A stretch of 63,222 bases of DNA, counting the filler, from Choristocarpus tenellus KU-1152 (lineage: Eukaryota; Protista; Phaeophyceae), in NCBI GenBank assembly GCA_964200185.2. It is 10 parts of 10 records of this genome, joined end to end, with 100 filler letters (N's around TTAATTAATTAA, not from the genome) between each part and the next. Parts side by side here need not be neighbours in the genome. Positions count along the whole stretch, not along the records: positions 1 to 12,210 come from CAXNAD020001922.1; positions 12,311 to 18,868 come from CAXNAD020007871.1; 8 more parts are not named here. One strand, 5' to 3'. Shown piece after piece: positions 1 through 12,576 of this stretch. The notes beneath the pieces are model-generated. The model was not told the origin of the DNA. It saw only the letters and a list, made by a program, of their open reading frames with translations, and made no database searches. Both the position numbers and the translations under genes were made by a program. Every line of letters begins with the position of its first letter. The stretch's first letter is position 1.

Positions 1-289
1 CAATATTTGAACAAAAATATATCCGGACCCTTAAAAAGTGCCGAACATTTCCAAAAAAAGACATATCCCGGGCCCTTACAAGTGGAAAAACATTTGCAAA
101 AAAAAACTTTTCGGTACTTTTTCAAGACCGTTTTCGATCGTCAACCATCCTCATAGCCCTGCTCCTTCCTCAATTCTCCAAATGTCCTGTTATGTATGTG
201 TACGCATTATTTTTATGGTAGGGTCTTCGTGACGAACCATAATTTTTTACATACTACTGAATGAAATTTCCTGAATCATCGTGTCCCTT

Positions 290-1270
290 CGTCTATCTGA
301 CGGAGTATGACAGCCAGATCACACGGGACGAATGCATGGACCTTGTACGACATCGAAAGGAAATATAAGTCACGATACAAACATCCTCGACATTTGGGAT
401 GTCCCATCGGTACACCGCACATCCTTCCAAAAATAGGCAGTCAAAGCTGGGGTCTCCCTTGCCTTATGGGATCTGTGTAAAGTGCGAGAAGGTGGAGGTC
501 AAGAGGTAGATTAAGCCAATCCTCTCAGACCAGTCACAAGGACAGGAGGGGGGGATGGTGGGGTATTAGTGAACGATCTGTATAACTGGGTGCATGGGGA
601 TGAGAAAATGTTTCACATCCTCAAAGATGGCCAAGATGTGTACCTGCACCTCACTGAGGACCCCCCCAAACCCTCACGGCCACAACATTCGCAATACATT
701 ACGAAGTTAATGTTCCTTGCAGTTGTGGTCCGCCCAAGGAAAATGTTCAACGGGGTGTGGTTCAATGGGAAAATCGGGATCTGGCCGACTGTGGACACTA
801 AGGTTGCTCAGCGCAATAGTAAACACCGCCCCAAGGGTACCAAGGTGCTTGTGCCAGGAATGGTAGACGGGTAGAGATTTAAGAAGCTCATGATCGAGGA
901 TGTCATACCGGCAATCAAGGCCTGCATGCCTGGGCTGGAAGAACACACCATCTTCGTGCAGCAGGACCAATGCAAAGCCACAAACCAAGGGAGGGATCAC
1001 CGAGGTAATCGAGGGGGCAGTGGGGGATGATATTGTCATAGTAACCTCGCCAACCAGCTCACCTGGTCTCAACTTCAACGACCTGGGATTCCTTCATTCC
1101 ATCCAGCAACTGAAGGAAGACGTGGGGGTGACCAACACAGAGGAGCTAGTGGAGGCCACAATATAGGCGTTCGATATGTACCCCAGGAGACACTATAGCG
1201 CGTCTGGCGAGTCTCTTCGCAGTCTATTGTGAAGTGCTGGAGTCCAAGGGTGACAACGTATTCAAAATTC
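290..1270 (+). mobile_element. Degenerate plant-type (DD39D-like) mariner transposase, frameshifted
   Basis: Motifs WVHGDEKMF (first D), ITKLMFLAVVVRPR, WFNGKIGIWP, VQQD/NAKP (frameshift) and SPGLNFNDLGFLHSIQ lie in successive frames between 569 and 1166. TIRs not identified and the 5' boundary is approximate. Confidence 0.85.
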
Positions 1271-2904
1271 CTCCTTGCATATTTTTGCCACCATCTACAG
1301 CGAACAACCATAATTAGACCAAAAAAAATAAATTCTTGGGACCGTATTTGACAAGGAGAGATTTTGCTTATCTAACCAGATATTTGACTGGAATTGCAAT
1401 TGGAACAAATTATTAACGTGCACATTCCTATGGACATAGTGGAGGCGTGATGTCAGCTATTCAGGTTTTCGACAAAATGAATACTTATTGGGGGAGTTGA
1501 GGAAAAAATTTCACAATCTTCATCCCCAATTATTAAGCATATCCAAGTTGGCATTTTGATCCAAAAAAGATTTTGGACTGCTTGAACAGAGCATGCAGCG
1601 AGTATGTTGTTTAGTCAAGATGATGACCACAGGCTGATTGATGTACCTGCACAATTAATGCCAAAACGCAACAAATCTCCTTCTACAGCCCATCACTATA
1701 TTGCAAAGTAGTACTGAAATATTTCAGACCATGTGATCCAGGATGTGATACTGTGAAATTTCATGAACCAGAGCGTGATATTGGATGGTATACAAGATTG
1801 GGTGCTCTTAGTTCTGTATGACGATCTCATTGCAATCCAATGCCTGCAAAAAAACACTACGTAGTACAACATGCAGGACACCACTCAGAAGAACAAACAA
1901 AAAGAACTCGAAGCACCAGAGAATTCTGCTTGACTATACACTCACACAAAATCTCCTACTCAAAAGAGCAATATGCACAAATTGCTTGTTCAACACACAT
2001 CCCCCCACAGACGTATGCCATTTGACTAGGGCAGTGAATACCATGTAGCATTTGCGTGGCTCATCTCCGTCAATAGGCTGGGAATAAATTCCTCTTTCGT
2101 GCATATTAAGCTTCCCAACATGGGCAGAGAAAGTCGCTGGTGGATTCTGTAGAACACAGAGCACAAAGATCTACAAATAATACTCTTTCACAACCCTCCC
2201 TATACCTGCACCATGGAGAATCATGCGAATTGACTCCAGTTTTGGTTTCGGGGGAGCAGGGATCTTGGCCTCCCTTTGGAGGCCTTCCCATTTCTCCACC
2301 AATAGCGTGGTGAAAATTGTCGTTATTTTCTGACAAGAAATATGGAAGCTTCCCCTTGAAGGGGGAACAGAGTGAGGTAGTACTACTGCCTTAGATGTCG
2401 TCACGTGAAGTCTGCAGTGGAGGGGTTTATTTCCTCCCTGCTGTCCTCATGAGTACCAACTACGCCAAGGGGAGCCCCACGACCAAGAATCTAAGATACT
2501 TCTTCTGCTTGTTCTTCAACTCTCCGCTTTGAGCTGAATAAGTACAATAAGTAGACCACTTCCGATCCACACACGTTTTTTCCCACATTAAGGAACTTCT
2601 CGCTCCACTCGGTAACTATCGCGTTTACAGTGATCCTTGGATACTAGTACCCCCCTCTGCACCAAACATTTGTTGAGTAGTGACCTCCCTGACAAGTCCA
2701 TGGTTCTTGTTGAGCTCAGTCTGGGCCTTCTCAAGCTCTTCTTGCACACCATTGATATCCAGAGACTTCTTGTTAAGACGAGCCCGCAGTTAGTTGCTGT
2801 ACTTCAACCTGGAGCACACCATATTTTTGAGAACAGAGCCTTGTTGTTAGTCCTGAATCGCTCTTTCCTTGGTGGTGTAATGCATTTCGTCGGCGTTTTG
2901 CAAT

Positions 2905-3308
2905 GAGCTGAAGTATCTTGGGGGATAAAATCCAATTTGCGATTTTGATGTAATTCTCGCAATCAAAATCCATGTTCCAGACTTTGGACAGTTTAACCAA
3001 AGGAATTGATCTATGATAGCATGTAAGGACTCCATCCCACGTTGGGGCTTACAGCTCTGTTATCTGTTGAAGGAGTGAGCATAGATCCAGTTAATGATTA
3101 CATATGCTCCAAGCATCAAATAATGCAAACGCCTCAGCTAAATTATGAAACCCTCCATGCTGTGTCTACAACACACACCTTTTCATATACATATTTTACT
3201 TGCTCCTAACATTTTGGAGGAGGAAAATGTCATAAATGAACTTAAGGGAAGCCAAGCCCCAAATGGACAAACAGGGCAAAATTCGTACCCTCTAAGAAAT
3301 TTTCACTC
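2905..3308. mobile_element. MITE family A copy carrying a ~200-bp unrelated internal segment
   Basis: Ends GAGCTGAAGTATCTT and TAAGAAATTTTCACTC match the family TIRs. 3-bp TSD AAT at 2902-2904 and 3309-3311. The right part matches copies at 19447 and 47756. Confidence 0.75.
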
Positions 3309-4413
3309 AATGTGGGAAAGATATCCCAAACTGCAAAAAAGGTAACCGAAGCCCGCAAGGACAAGCATGGCATCGCCAGCAGAAAGCACGTGTGGTTCGA
3401 GAAGCTGGACGGATTCCGGAGCAGGACCTGCTGCTATTGCGTCTGCTGTACTTGAAGCAAAGCTGACGCTGAGACCATGGTCACAAACAACGAGTCGAGG
3501 TAGAGATGGAGTTGAGGGAAACCAAAGCAGAGGCGGAGGACAAGGCAATGAAGCCTTCACCATGATGGAGGCCACCGTGACGAGGGACGAAGAAAGCACG
3601 TCAAAGGCTATGTGACTGGAATGCTTCGTAAGGAAGATGAGAGAAAATATATATGCTTGTTACTAAGAACCGCGAGGTTGAGGTCCGTGCCCAAGCCGCG
3701 AAAAAAATTGTCCACGTTGTGAGATGCCATCAATGCTTAAAGAAGATATGACAACGTCTGAAGGCGGAGCTCGAGAAGTTGAGGGAGAAAAAAGTCTAGG
3801 AAGAACTCAAAAGAGAGAATATCAAGGTTGGCAATCTCTGGAAGGGTCTAGTATGTATGTACCCATACATTGTACTACTCGCAACAGAGATTGAGCGAAC
3901 CGAGGTTGCAACGACTCTCAAGGAGGAGCTGGAGCTGTGCAAAAGAAAGGTGAAGGAGCTAGAAGTCCATTTGAAAGATACCTGAAACCTTGCTGAAACG
4001 AAAACGAGACTCCTGCTGGACACAAGGGAAGGGAGGACTAGGGAGAGGAAGGAGACTTCTGGTAGTGTAAGGAAGGTGTGTGTGTATTAAGCAGACCCGA
4101 TATTGTACTTCATAGTCTGACCAGCAGATGCCAAAATTGCTTATGTGACCCACCACCCTTGCACGCTTGGTATGGACTCTTCTCCTGATTTCGAAGGTAA
4201 AAGCTATCTCCATGAAACTTAATGAGATTTATACCAAGATGAGTGCTGAGGAGTCTGAGGGCACTCTGGTGGGATATGGAGCTGGTAGGAGCAGGGAGCA
4301 AAAGTTGGGGGATGAGTGCAGTGCAATGGACGCAGTTCTTCAATCACTCAAACCTGATGGAGAATATGATGAGGGAACAGCAAGAGTTTGGCGCTTAGAT
4401 CGAAGGTGGTGTA

Positions 4414-5570
4414 CAGTGTTGGCAGTCGCCTCTAGGATGAGGCCAGTCTTGATTTTTTTTAAAGGGTTAACCAATGAGTTAATCAACGAGTTAATCAACG
4501 TTGAGCATATCAAATGAAAGCTCTGGATCTAAGCTATCACTGGTGCAAAGGAATTTTTCCGAAAAAAAAATGGTAAGATTAAATTTTAACCGCATGGTTT
4601 CGGCACAACCTTGGAAATGTTCCGGAATGAATTATCACCACCAAACATTTTTTCCTGAAAACATTCCTTTAGACCAGTGATAGCCTAGGTCCAGAGCCTT
4701 CATTTGATATGCTCATCGTTGATTAACTCGTTGACTAACCTTTATTAAAAAAATCAAGATTGGTCACCACCAAAACGGAACGTGGGCTAACCTCGACTTA
4801 ATACTGTTCAAGCCAATCACAGGACACGATTCTGGTTGAGTGTCTTGGAGGACGCTGCTTGATGCTTCCAAAGTATCACTGTGAACTGAACCCAATAGAG
4901 ATGGTCTGGGGGCGGGTGAAGCACTATGTACGAGGCCACTGGGACTACACGTTGCCTGGAATGAGAGTCAATATTCCTGTCGGTCTTCAAGGATGAAGGG
5001 GGGTTGTCGAGAGTAACTGTGGAGAGGTTCTGCAGGATGAGTATTTCTTAACCACCTGGTACATTCCAACGAGAAAGGCATGGAGTGCACCGAATTGCAC
5101 AGAGAGTACAAGACATTCAAGTCTCACAGGAGGCCTGCACCTTCAGAATACCTCATTTGACTTGGCATGGATTGTCTGGTTCAGAGGCCTGGGCCCCCAC
5201 GAGTGAGCCTTAGCCAGCAGGTGACAACATCACATAAACGGGAAATAATTGAAAGAGAATGGAGAGACAATAACGCCCATGTTTTCCGAGTGAAGATGGG
5301 CTCTTCTGGTGTCCAAGTCATCCTTAAATTCGCGGTTCGCGCGCACCTATAGGCACCTACCACCTCCAGAGTCGTGCGCGCAGAATACTTGATTTAAGTA
5401 TGTCCTGTGTTTCTCAAGATTATTGTAGGCTGACCAATTGAGACCCACCAAATAAGGGGTTAACCATGCTGATGTGATTACAACAAACTAATTTTCATGA
5501 AAAAAAATCATTGTTGATCAAAAGTTATGGCACGAAAAAAAGTTGACACAGGAGGCGACTGCCAACACTA
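4414..5570 (+). mobile_element. Internally deleted Tc1/IS630-like (DDE_3) DNA transposon
   Basis: TIR CAGTGTTGGCAGTCGCCTC at 4414 with its inverse ending at 5570, flanked by TA on both sides. The internal remnant (~4850-5160) reads LMLPKYHCELNPIEMVWGRVKHYVRGHWDY and later FKSHRRP, typical of a Tc1-like C-terminus. Confidence 0.85.
4441..4765. repeat. Fold-back inverted repeat (MITE-like) with ~120-bp arms
   Basis: The left arm GGCCAGTCTTGATTTTTTTT...GCATATCAAATGAAAGCTCTGGATCTAAGCTATCACTGGT pairs with the right arm ACCAGTGATAGCCTAGGTCCAGAGCCTTCATTTGATATGC...AAAATCAAGATTGGTC. Confidence 0.85.
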
Positions 5571-7879
5571 TATATAGCTAAAAATTATTGGAAGGTATAC
5601 AAAATACCTCAAATAATAATAAAAAATAATCAAATGGAATAAAACCTACTGTGAAGCAGTACTATTGACGTACACAAAGAAAGGACTGCTGTCAAGGTGT
5701 TGGAACGTCAGGTCTTAAGTGAATAAACTGTTTTGGTGAAGAACAGTGGACCAACACCTGTGATATCGCTCACTGACATTCTGGAATCACTATTTATAGT
5801 CATCCCATGTGTGTCTTGTTTTCCATCTCGAGAAAATACAGGAAAAAATACAGGGTCAGTATACATGTAACTTACGTAGTCGCATGGAGGCCAACAGCCT
5901 ACAAAGAGTAACTCTCAAAGAGCATGGCACAAAACCTCTAGGCTTTCACACAATCCCACATCATTTTCTTGCCTCCCAAATTCTCTATGATCCTTCAATC
6001 ATCCGTGAAAACATGAAGCATGTGACTCGGCAAATTGGAGGGGAAAAAATAATTTACATCTCCCCCACAGGTGTAGCCAACTGACAAGGACTACATTCTA
6101 TCAATTAAGACGGTGGCAAGTCCACCCATCAGACACATGTGCTTCAGGTGCCTCAACAACAGGAAACCTTGTTAAAAATTTACCTCCCTCCCACTTTTAA
6201 TCATTTTGGCTGTTGACTGCTCAGCTTCCCACTCAGTCAAAAAAATATATCGAATCTTCAGCAATGTAATGCACAACATGGAGAAGTTGAAAGGTAGGGC
6301 AATTTAATCTAGTGAACTAAGTATAGGCATGACTTTCTATTTTCATTTCTGAGTGTCAGGTTCAAACAGCTTGATGCCACAGAAAAAGATCAGACAAAAG
6401 AAAGAGTTTTCCATACAAAACAAAAATCTTTGTATTAGTTTATTATTAGATACCTTTGCACAAAAAATCTCAAACGATGCATAAAATCACACTCAACTTG
6501 ATCAACTTGAGAAGAAATGTTTTTTTCTCTACCCCAACATTGCTCATTAGCCTGTGCCATATGCATCCGGAACATATTCCCTCCTCCTTACCACCAGGCA
6601 ACCTTAAAGCCTGTGTGGTTTTGTGTGTTCATAAAAACGTATGCATTTCTAATGAAAGAACAAAGCTGCTTGAACATAGGACATGGTGCCATCAAGACTG
6701 TATACAATGGGTCTTGCACTCTTGTCTAAATGTTCCTAATAAACCAATCTACTTTTCATGTAGCCGATTCTTTTCGTAACAGTCATAGCAACTGCGTACT
6801 AAACAGCCAAATTTCTATCATTACCTCAGAGGGGCTTTTTGTGTTTGAGGGAGAAGGGAGGGCGGTTGGGGGGGAGGATACAGTACAGTAGCTTGTTCCA
6901 TAAATACCCCACCAAATAACAACAACAGCTGCACCTGTCTCGTTTCAGATTCTAACCAATACCCAAATATCAATATCCAACTGTAATACATCAACCTCTT
7001 CTACCACATGGAAATGGGCTGCTCACACAGCATAGGTCACAAGAAAACCAACCTGCAGAACCTGACTGCAAATACGGTGTTATCCCTGTACCTTAGCAAA
7101 AGGCTCAATGTGCATAGCCTCTTTCTTCTATGGCGGCTTCGACCACCGGAGGACCAACACAACCCAAGACAAACAACAAAGAGAACATTAAATCACCCTT
7201 TCCTGTACCACAAACTCAAAAGAAAAAAGCTTCACACAAAAAAAGTACTTATCGGGTGAACTCAATAACTCGTCAACACCAATAAAATAGGGAGGGCCAG
7301 GTCAATCAACATGAGCAAGCAGAGCACAGACAGAGATTTCACCCCCAAATGTACATGCACATGATGTAAGTTACCTTTTTACACCCCTTAAGAAAACCTT
7401 GCGTCAAGATTCATCAAAGAGAAACAAAAATGAACCAATCCAAACTGTGCACAGCCTTGCATGTAGAAGAAGGCTTCATCATCCCTCTTTCGTTCTAAAT
7501 TAACTGAAGGGGCACTATGTTCCAGCAAGGCACATTCATCCAACTGTAGGGTCAGGCAGGTGATCAACCAACCAGGCCACATGCTAACCTTAAGATGCAG
7601 GAAAGAAAAAGGAAGCAACTACAGCAGTTGACAATACTAACACAAGACTTACTGCTCAAAATAGAACTGTCACCAGTAACAATATGAATTACATTACTCT
7701 CAGACTAGCGAAGGGGTGAATGTATTGAACATCTTACCCCATGTGCCACCTTCCTGCTGCAGTGTGCTGAATACATATATATATAGAAGTAAATAGAAAG
7801 TAGGGATCCTCTCCCTCCTTCGTATACTTTTGCTCTTTTAGCTTTCGCACTGAGTTTCCGAACACACTGTTACAGTCCA

Positions 7880-9931
7880 CTAGGTTTGGTTCCCCCATCC
7901 ACAGTCGTCGTCCATGTCAAGGCAAGGATCAAGTTCAACATAGTCCACACTCCGACCTCGCTTGTGTCCTCGGAGGTAGGTGACAATGTCATCATGTCCC
8001 ATTCCTGAGGCACCTTCAACTGCTGCGGGAGTGCACCCTTCTTGTCGGTTTTCAAAGAGCCATTTTACCACCTTTTCATGCACAAGAACAAAAGAAAACA
8101 GTGAGGGTTGCTTTGTTCACTCTCTTGAGAGTAACCGCTCAACACAGTTGCATTTTTCCTGGGTCAACATTTTATGCTGCGGGAAAAACGTCGGATGTCT
8201 ATATTTATCAGTCATAAACAAAATAAATGACAGGTAACAGCACATATTGAGAGGGTAAATACAATTCACAATAATGCTGATTTGGCTACGGTGATGAAAA
8301 GCAATATTGCAGGCAACAACTACCATTCCGAAACAAGATGGAAACAAAACAAATTCATCATGGAACTTTCCGGCGGGAGACCTACACAGTTTGAGATATG
8401 CTAATTGATGTATTTGGAGGAAATTGCAGCATGAGCCCAACCCTGTAGAAGTCATAACATCAACGCAGCACACTCAATGTGTTTTATCCCACACGACTTA
8501 ATAGCACCAACCTTTTGTTATGGTCACCTGTATACCGCCATACTGAAGCCATCAATTTCAAGCATACGTGACTTGTTCTAGACGTACCCAGTGTGACCAC
8601 TTCATGCAACACCCTTTCCATAATGTCTACACCAGACGGTGAATATCACTGTCCTCACCTCTGTGTGTCCATTATGCGCGGCAAAATCCACTGCAAGTGT
8701 ACTGCATCCCTCGCTGCGATTTTCATGCAAGAATTTGAGCACCTGACGTGCGGCGAAGTTATCAGAACACAAATGAGTTGGATGCATTAAGTCTTGAGTT
8801 GGAAACGTTCTGATGAAACAAAACAGTGGAGCAAAGAGTGAACCATCAGCAAAGCGAATTGTTGCAAAAAGAACATGATACCATTCGAAAACAGGTCGGT
8901 GACGTGAGTGTGAAGGCCATACCTCCAAGTGTCCATTACGGGCTGCGCCGTCGAGTGCAGCTCCCGTGCACCCCTCGATCCTGTTGGTGTGCAGCCACAA
9001 TACAACATCTGTATGGCCATTGCATGCCGCTGCATCCATTGCGTCGGTACTGCGAGGGTTGAACGCCAAGGAGAAAATGTGACAGCATAAGTTATGCAGG
9101 TATTGTTTACATGGGTAGACCCCAGTCCTGACATCGGACGTGAATGAAGGCAAGTACGTCACTCGACATCTACCAGTGAAAATCTGGCATGGGGATTTCA
9201 GTATCTGCTCCCATGCATAATGCTTAACGCGTCTCACCGAACAAGCATGGCGAGCAGGTCATCACTTCTCAAGAAACAAAATGATGATTAGTGGACCTGA
9301 ACCTATCAATAAGATTCGCCATGAAAAGCGCAAGAAAACAACATGCCCAATCCCTCACCTACAGCCCTCGTTCCTATTGTTATGAAGCCACTGAACGACA
9401 GCAAGGTTTCCATTAGATGCTGCAGAGTCCATCGCTTTGGATGTGAATTTCAAACCTTTGCACGTTTGCAAGAGGTGCAAATGTCCACTCCTTGCAGCAA
9501 GGTCCCCATCTCTGGCGACCGAAAGATAAGTAGGAAAACATTCTGGGTAAGAACTTGCATAATTCGTAACTAAGGATAGATGAAGGAGGGTCTACGTTGA
9601 GATAGGTACGGGCGGTTATGATTTCAAGTGATTGAATTGAAGGGGGAAAGTCGACCCCTGGTCATCAAATGTGTAGATAAGCGGTGATCACAATGTCCAT
9701 GCAAAAAACAAGGGTTAAATATCACTAGGCATTCATACCACCCAGTAGGGATTCTCGAGACCCTTGATAGCTTAGAGGTGCATGAGTAATGTGAGAGGCT
9801 GTAACTCACTTGTAATCAGAAAACTCGTGACCATCCTGAAACTCAAAGATGAGCCGCGTGATGTCCATGGCTACGCCTTCAAACCTCTCCACAACCTCGG
9901 CTTTCATTCTTGGACTGAAAGTTGTGGGCAT
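7880..9931 (-). CDS. Ankyrin-repeat protein, 5 exons, ~225 aa (stramenopile EGCT/AMDxAA-NGHLEVV type)
   Basis: Exons 9931-9810, 9511-9359, 9049-8923, 8742-8659 and 8071-7880 have GT-AG introns with consistent phases (678 nt in total). Protein: MPTTFSPRM...ITRLIFEFQDG...AMDSAASNGNLAVVQWLHNNRNEGCSTDAMDAAACNGHTDVVLWLHTNRIEGCTGAALDGAARNGHLEVLKFLHENRSEGCS...GNQT*. An acceptor near 9950 may add an upstream exon. Confidence 0.88.
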
Positions 9932-11960
9932 TCTTGTGCTCCCAGAGCCCTACAATAACAAGCTCTCAACCTCAAGTCTTCGCTTGAAGTAGAAACCCAA
10001 CACCAAACTGGTCCACAAATACGAAGTAGAGACGTTAGAAGGTGCCAAAATCGTATCAACCTCGTCAGTAGTACACTCCAACTTCGCCCTGACTCTTCTC
10101 TCCTTTGCTATTCCTTCTTGGCAAGAGCAGATTAATTTGAGGGTGGATAAAGGTCTATGAGCAAAAGGTTGTGAGGTGATGCTTTTTGTGTCCTCTGAAC
10201 CATTCCACAGCAAGAGCTTGTAGTGCTATTATCTATTTCCAGAAAATATCTGGAACTTTGAGAGGAGTATGTAAAATAGCCAAGAAGAAGAAAAAAAGGG
10301 CCTCAACAGAAAAGAAAGATGAGATAATAGAGTTGTTCGGCAAACGGCATAAATATCTATCCGATGCAACCTCAAACAATCAAACATATCAGAAGACAAA
10401 ACAAAATAATATACAAGAGGTATCCAAGGATTTGAATGGTAGAGGAATGGTTTGTCATACTATTTGTATTATTTGTGGTTTTGTTGTTTGTTGAGGAATG
10501 CATTCGTCATTTGTCGTTGTGATGTGTATTGATAAGATACAAACATACATGAATGTACATGTATGTATCCATTGTATTGTTATTGTACCAACTAATACAA
10601 TCTAAGAGAACAGATTCAGTACTTCGGTGTGTTGTGAGCAATTGCAAGATCAGGATTCCACAACATACACATAAGAGTTTTGAGGTAGAGACGCGAGATG
10701 AGTGGTGAGTTTTGTAAGTAGTGGGTTGACGAAATTCTCCAACGAAATAGCACCTACTCTATCCTAGTTGTACTTTGACATCATTTATGTGCAATATATA
10801 TTCGATGTAAGAACGAACTTATTTTGCAAAGTAGGAGTAGTACGTACTTAACTAGCTACACAACACACAAAGAAGGGATATAAAATACAGGTATCAGTAG
10901 TAGAGTAGGTAGAGGTAGACACAAAACGGTGTATATTTACTATAAGTATGAATAGCAATTTATTGAAGTAATGGTTGATTTAATAAATATTAATTTTTGA
11001 TTTCTAAGACCCTACACTTAGTTCCGTGTTGGTGATATTGAAGGTCAAAGTAATTCACAACACTCCATATCTATACATCTACGTTTTGCTCAATAATAGG
11101 AATTCCTCTTAATTCTACTTGATGTACGATGGTTGCTAAGCGTTTCTAGACTTTTTCAGGTACATACCACACAGCCTCCCCCTGTGCTCTTCCTCCTGGT
11201 GTGTTCGAGCATTGTTTCTGCTCAGTCGTGGATGCTCTCCTTCTCTTTTTCCCTCAGCACAGCCCCCACTACGGGCTTACCCAGCAGACAAAAACCCCTT
11301 GCACAGAACACTTATCCCCCTGCCTTTCCTCCTGTTATTGCTCGAGCGCTATTACCTCTTAGGGATGGATACCTACAAGTGATTCAAGGCATAATAATAT
11401 GCAATTATGTTAAAGGCATGTTGTGTACGTGTGTATATGAATATTGAACAATTGCAGTACATAAGGAACACACAATACAAGGAGGTATCATTTATTTTTA
11501 ATGTTGTATCATCAACAACTATTGCCAGACGTAAAGCCGTGAGTGAGTGGGGTATGTGTCACCATCATCTGAAACCCCCACTTCTCTTAAACCGGTTATT
11601 TTAATTATTTTGTTCAAGACTGGTGAGGAGAGTGCTTGGCAGAAGAGGAAGAAAGAAAGAAAGACCAGAAATATTATATCCATTTGTTGGTTTTTTATTA
11701 TGCTTGACAGGTCCCCCCCCCCTGTGATACCTTCATTGCTTAGTCGTAAGTCTCTGTTTGCCACTTTGAAGGTTAGAGTTACAGGTGTATATTTTGGGTT
11801 GGTTGTCTCCTTATGCACAGGCAGGCATAGATCCCTTACCTCTTTCACCCTCCCGACGCTGCTGAAGCACCTACTTCTAGCTAGTGGGGCTTCTCCTCTT
11901 TTCCACCCTGAGGCATAGACTCCCCTGAGCCTGTCCTTCTGGTACAGATGGAGCACTGTC

Positions 11961-12210
11961 TGTTACAGGCGAATAGCGTGAGCGTTTCTTCTTGTATTTC
12001 AACAAAGTTTGAGCATTTGTTACACACGAATAGCGCGAGCATTTTCTCCTTATGTGTTAGGAAATACGAACATTTGTAATAGACATACAGTGTGAAGATT
12101 GTTTCTCGAGTTCTGACAAGTGCGAACTATATACGATATTAGTAACACATAGGTTAACCTTACAGAATAAGTGATTATTTTAAGGAGATGCAGGGTAAGG
12201 TTCGGAATAC
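11961..12210 (-). mobile_element. Partial copy of the TGTTACAGGCG-ended element (cut by gap)
   Basis: Starts TGTTACAGGCGAATAGCG and aligns with the reverse complement of 14590-14776. Confidence 0.75.
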
Positions 12211-12310
12211 NNNNNNNNNNNNNNNNNNNNNNNNNNNNNNNNNNNNNNNNNNNNTTAATTAATTAANNNNNNNNNNNNNNNNNNNNNNNNNNNNNNNNNN
12301 NNNNNNNNNN

Positions 12311-12576
12311 GTAGACCCCCCCCCCCCTCCCAGATACTTTGGGTCTATTCCTTGTTTGTCCATTTGGGGCTTGACTTTCCACGGACGTTTATTGACATTT
12401 TACCTACTCCAAAATGTTTAAGAGTAGGTAAAATGTATACATTATGAAAATATGTGTTCGGAACAAGGATATAGACATCTCCTAACAGACACGATAGCCA
12501 AAATGACATCAAAATCGCAACATTGGATTTTGACCCTCAAATGGACGCAGCTCTACCCTCTAAGATACTTTGGCTC
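12311..12576. mobile_element. MITE family B end (12311-12345) inserted in a MITE family A copy (12346-12576)
   Basis: CCCTCCCAGATACTTTGGGTC is followed directly by the family A body ending TAAGATACTTTGGCTC, which abuts the truncated Copia LTR. Confidence 0.75.

Noticed and set aside
3367-4080. Coiled-coil-like peptide fragments (EELELCKRKVKELEVHLKD)
   Set aside because: Interrupted by stops and frameshifts, with no diagnostic motif to support a call.
8602-9237. 211-aa ORF as a single-exon ankyrin gene
   Set aside because: It reads through introns. The ankyrin motifs are confined to exons 9049-8923 and 8742-8659.
12211-12310. Palindromic TTAATTAATTAA inside 100-nt N blocks, repeated ten times in the window
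   Set aside because: Artificial contig linker with stops in all six frames. It is not a biological repeat, and gene order across it is uninformative.
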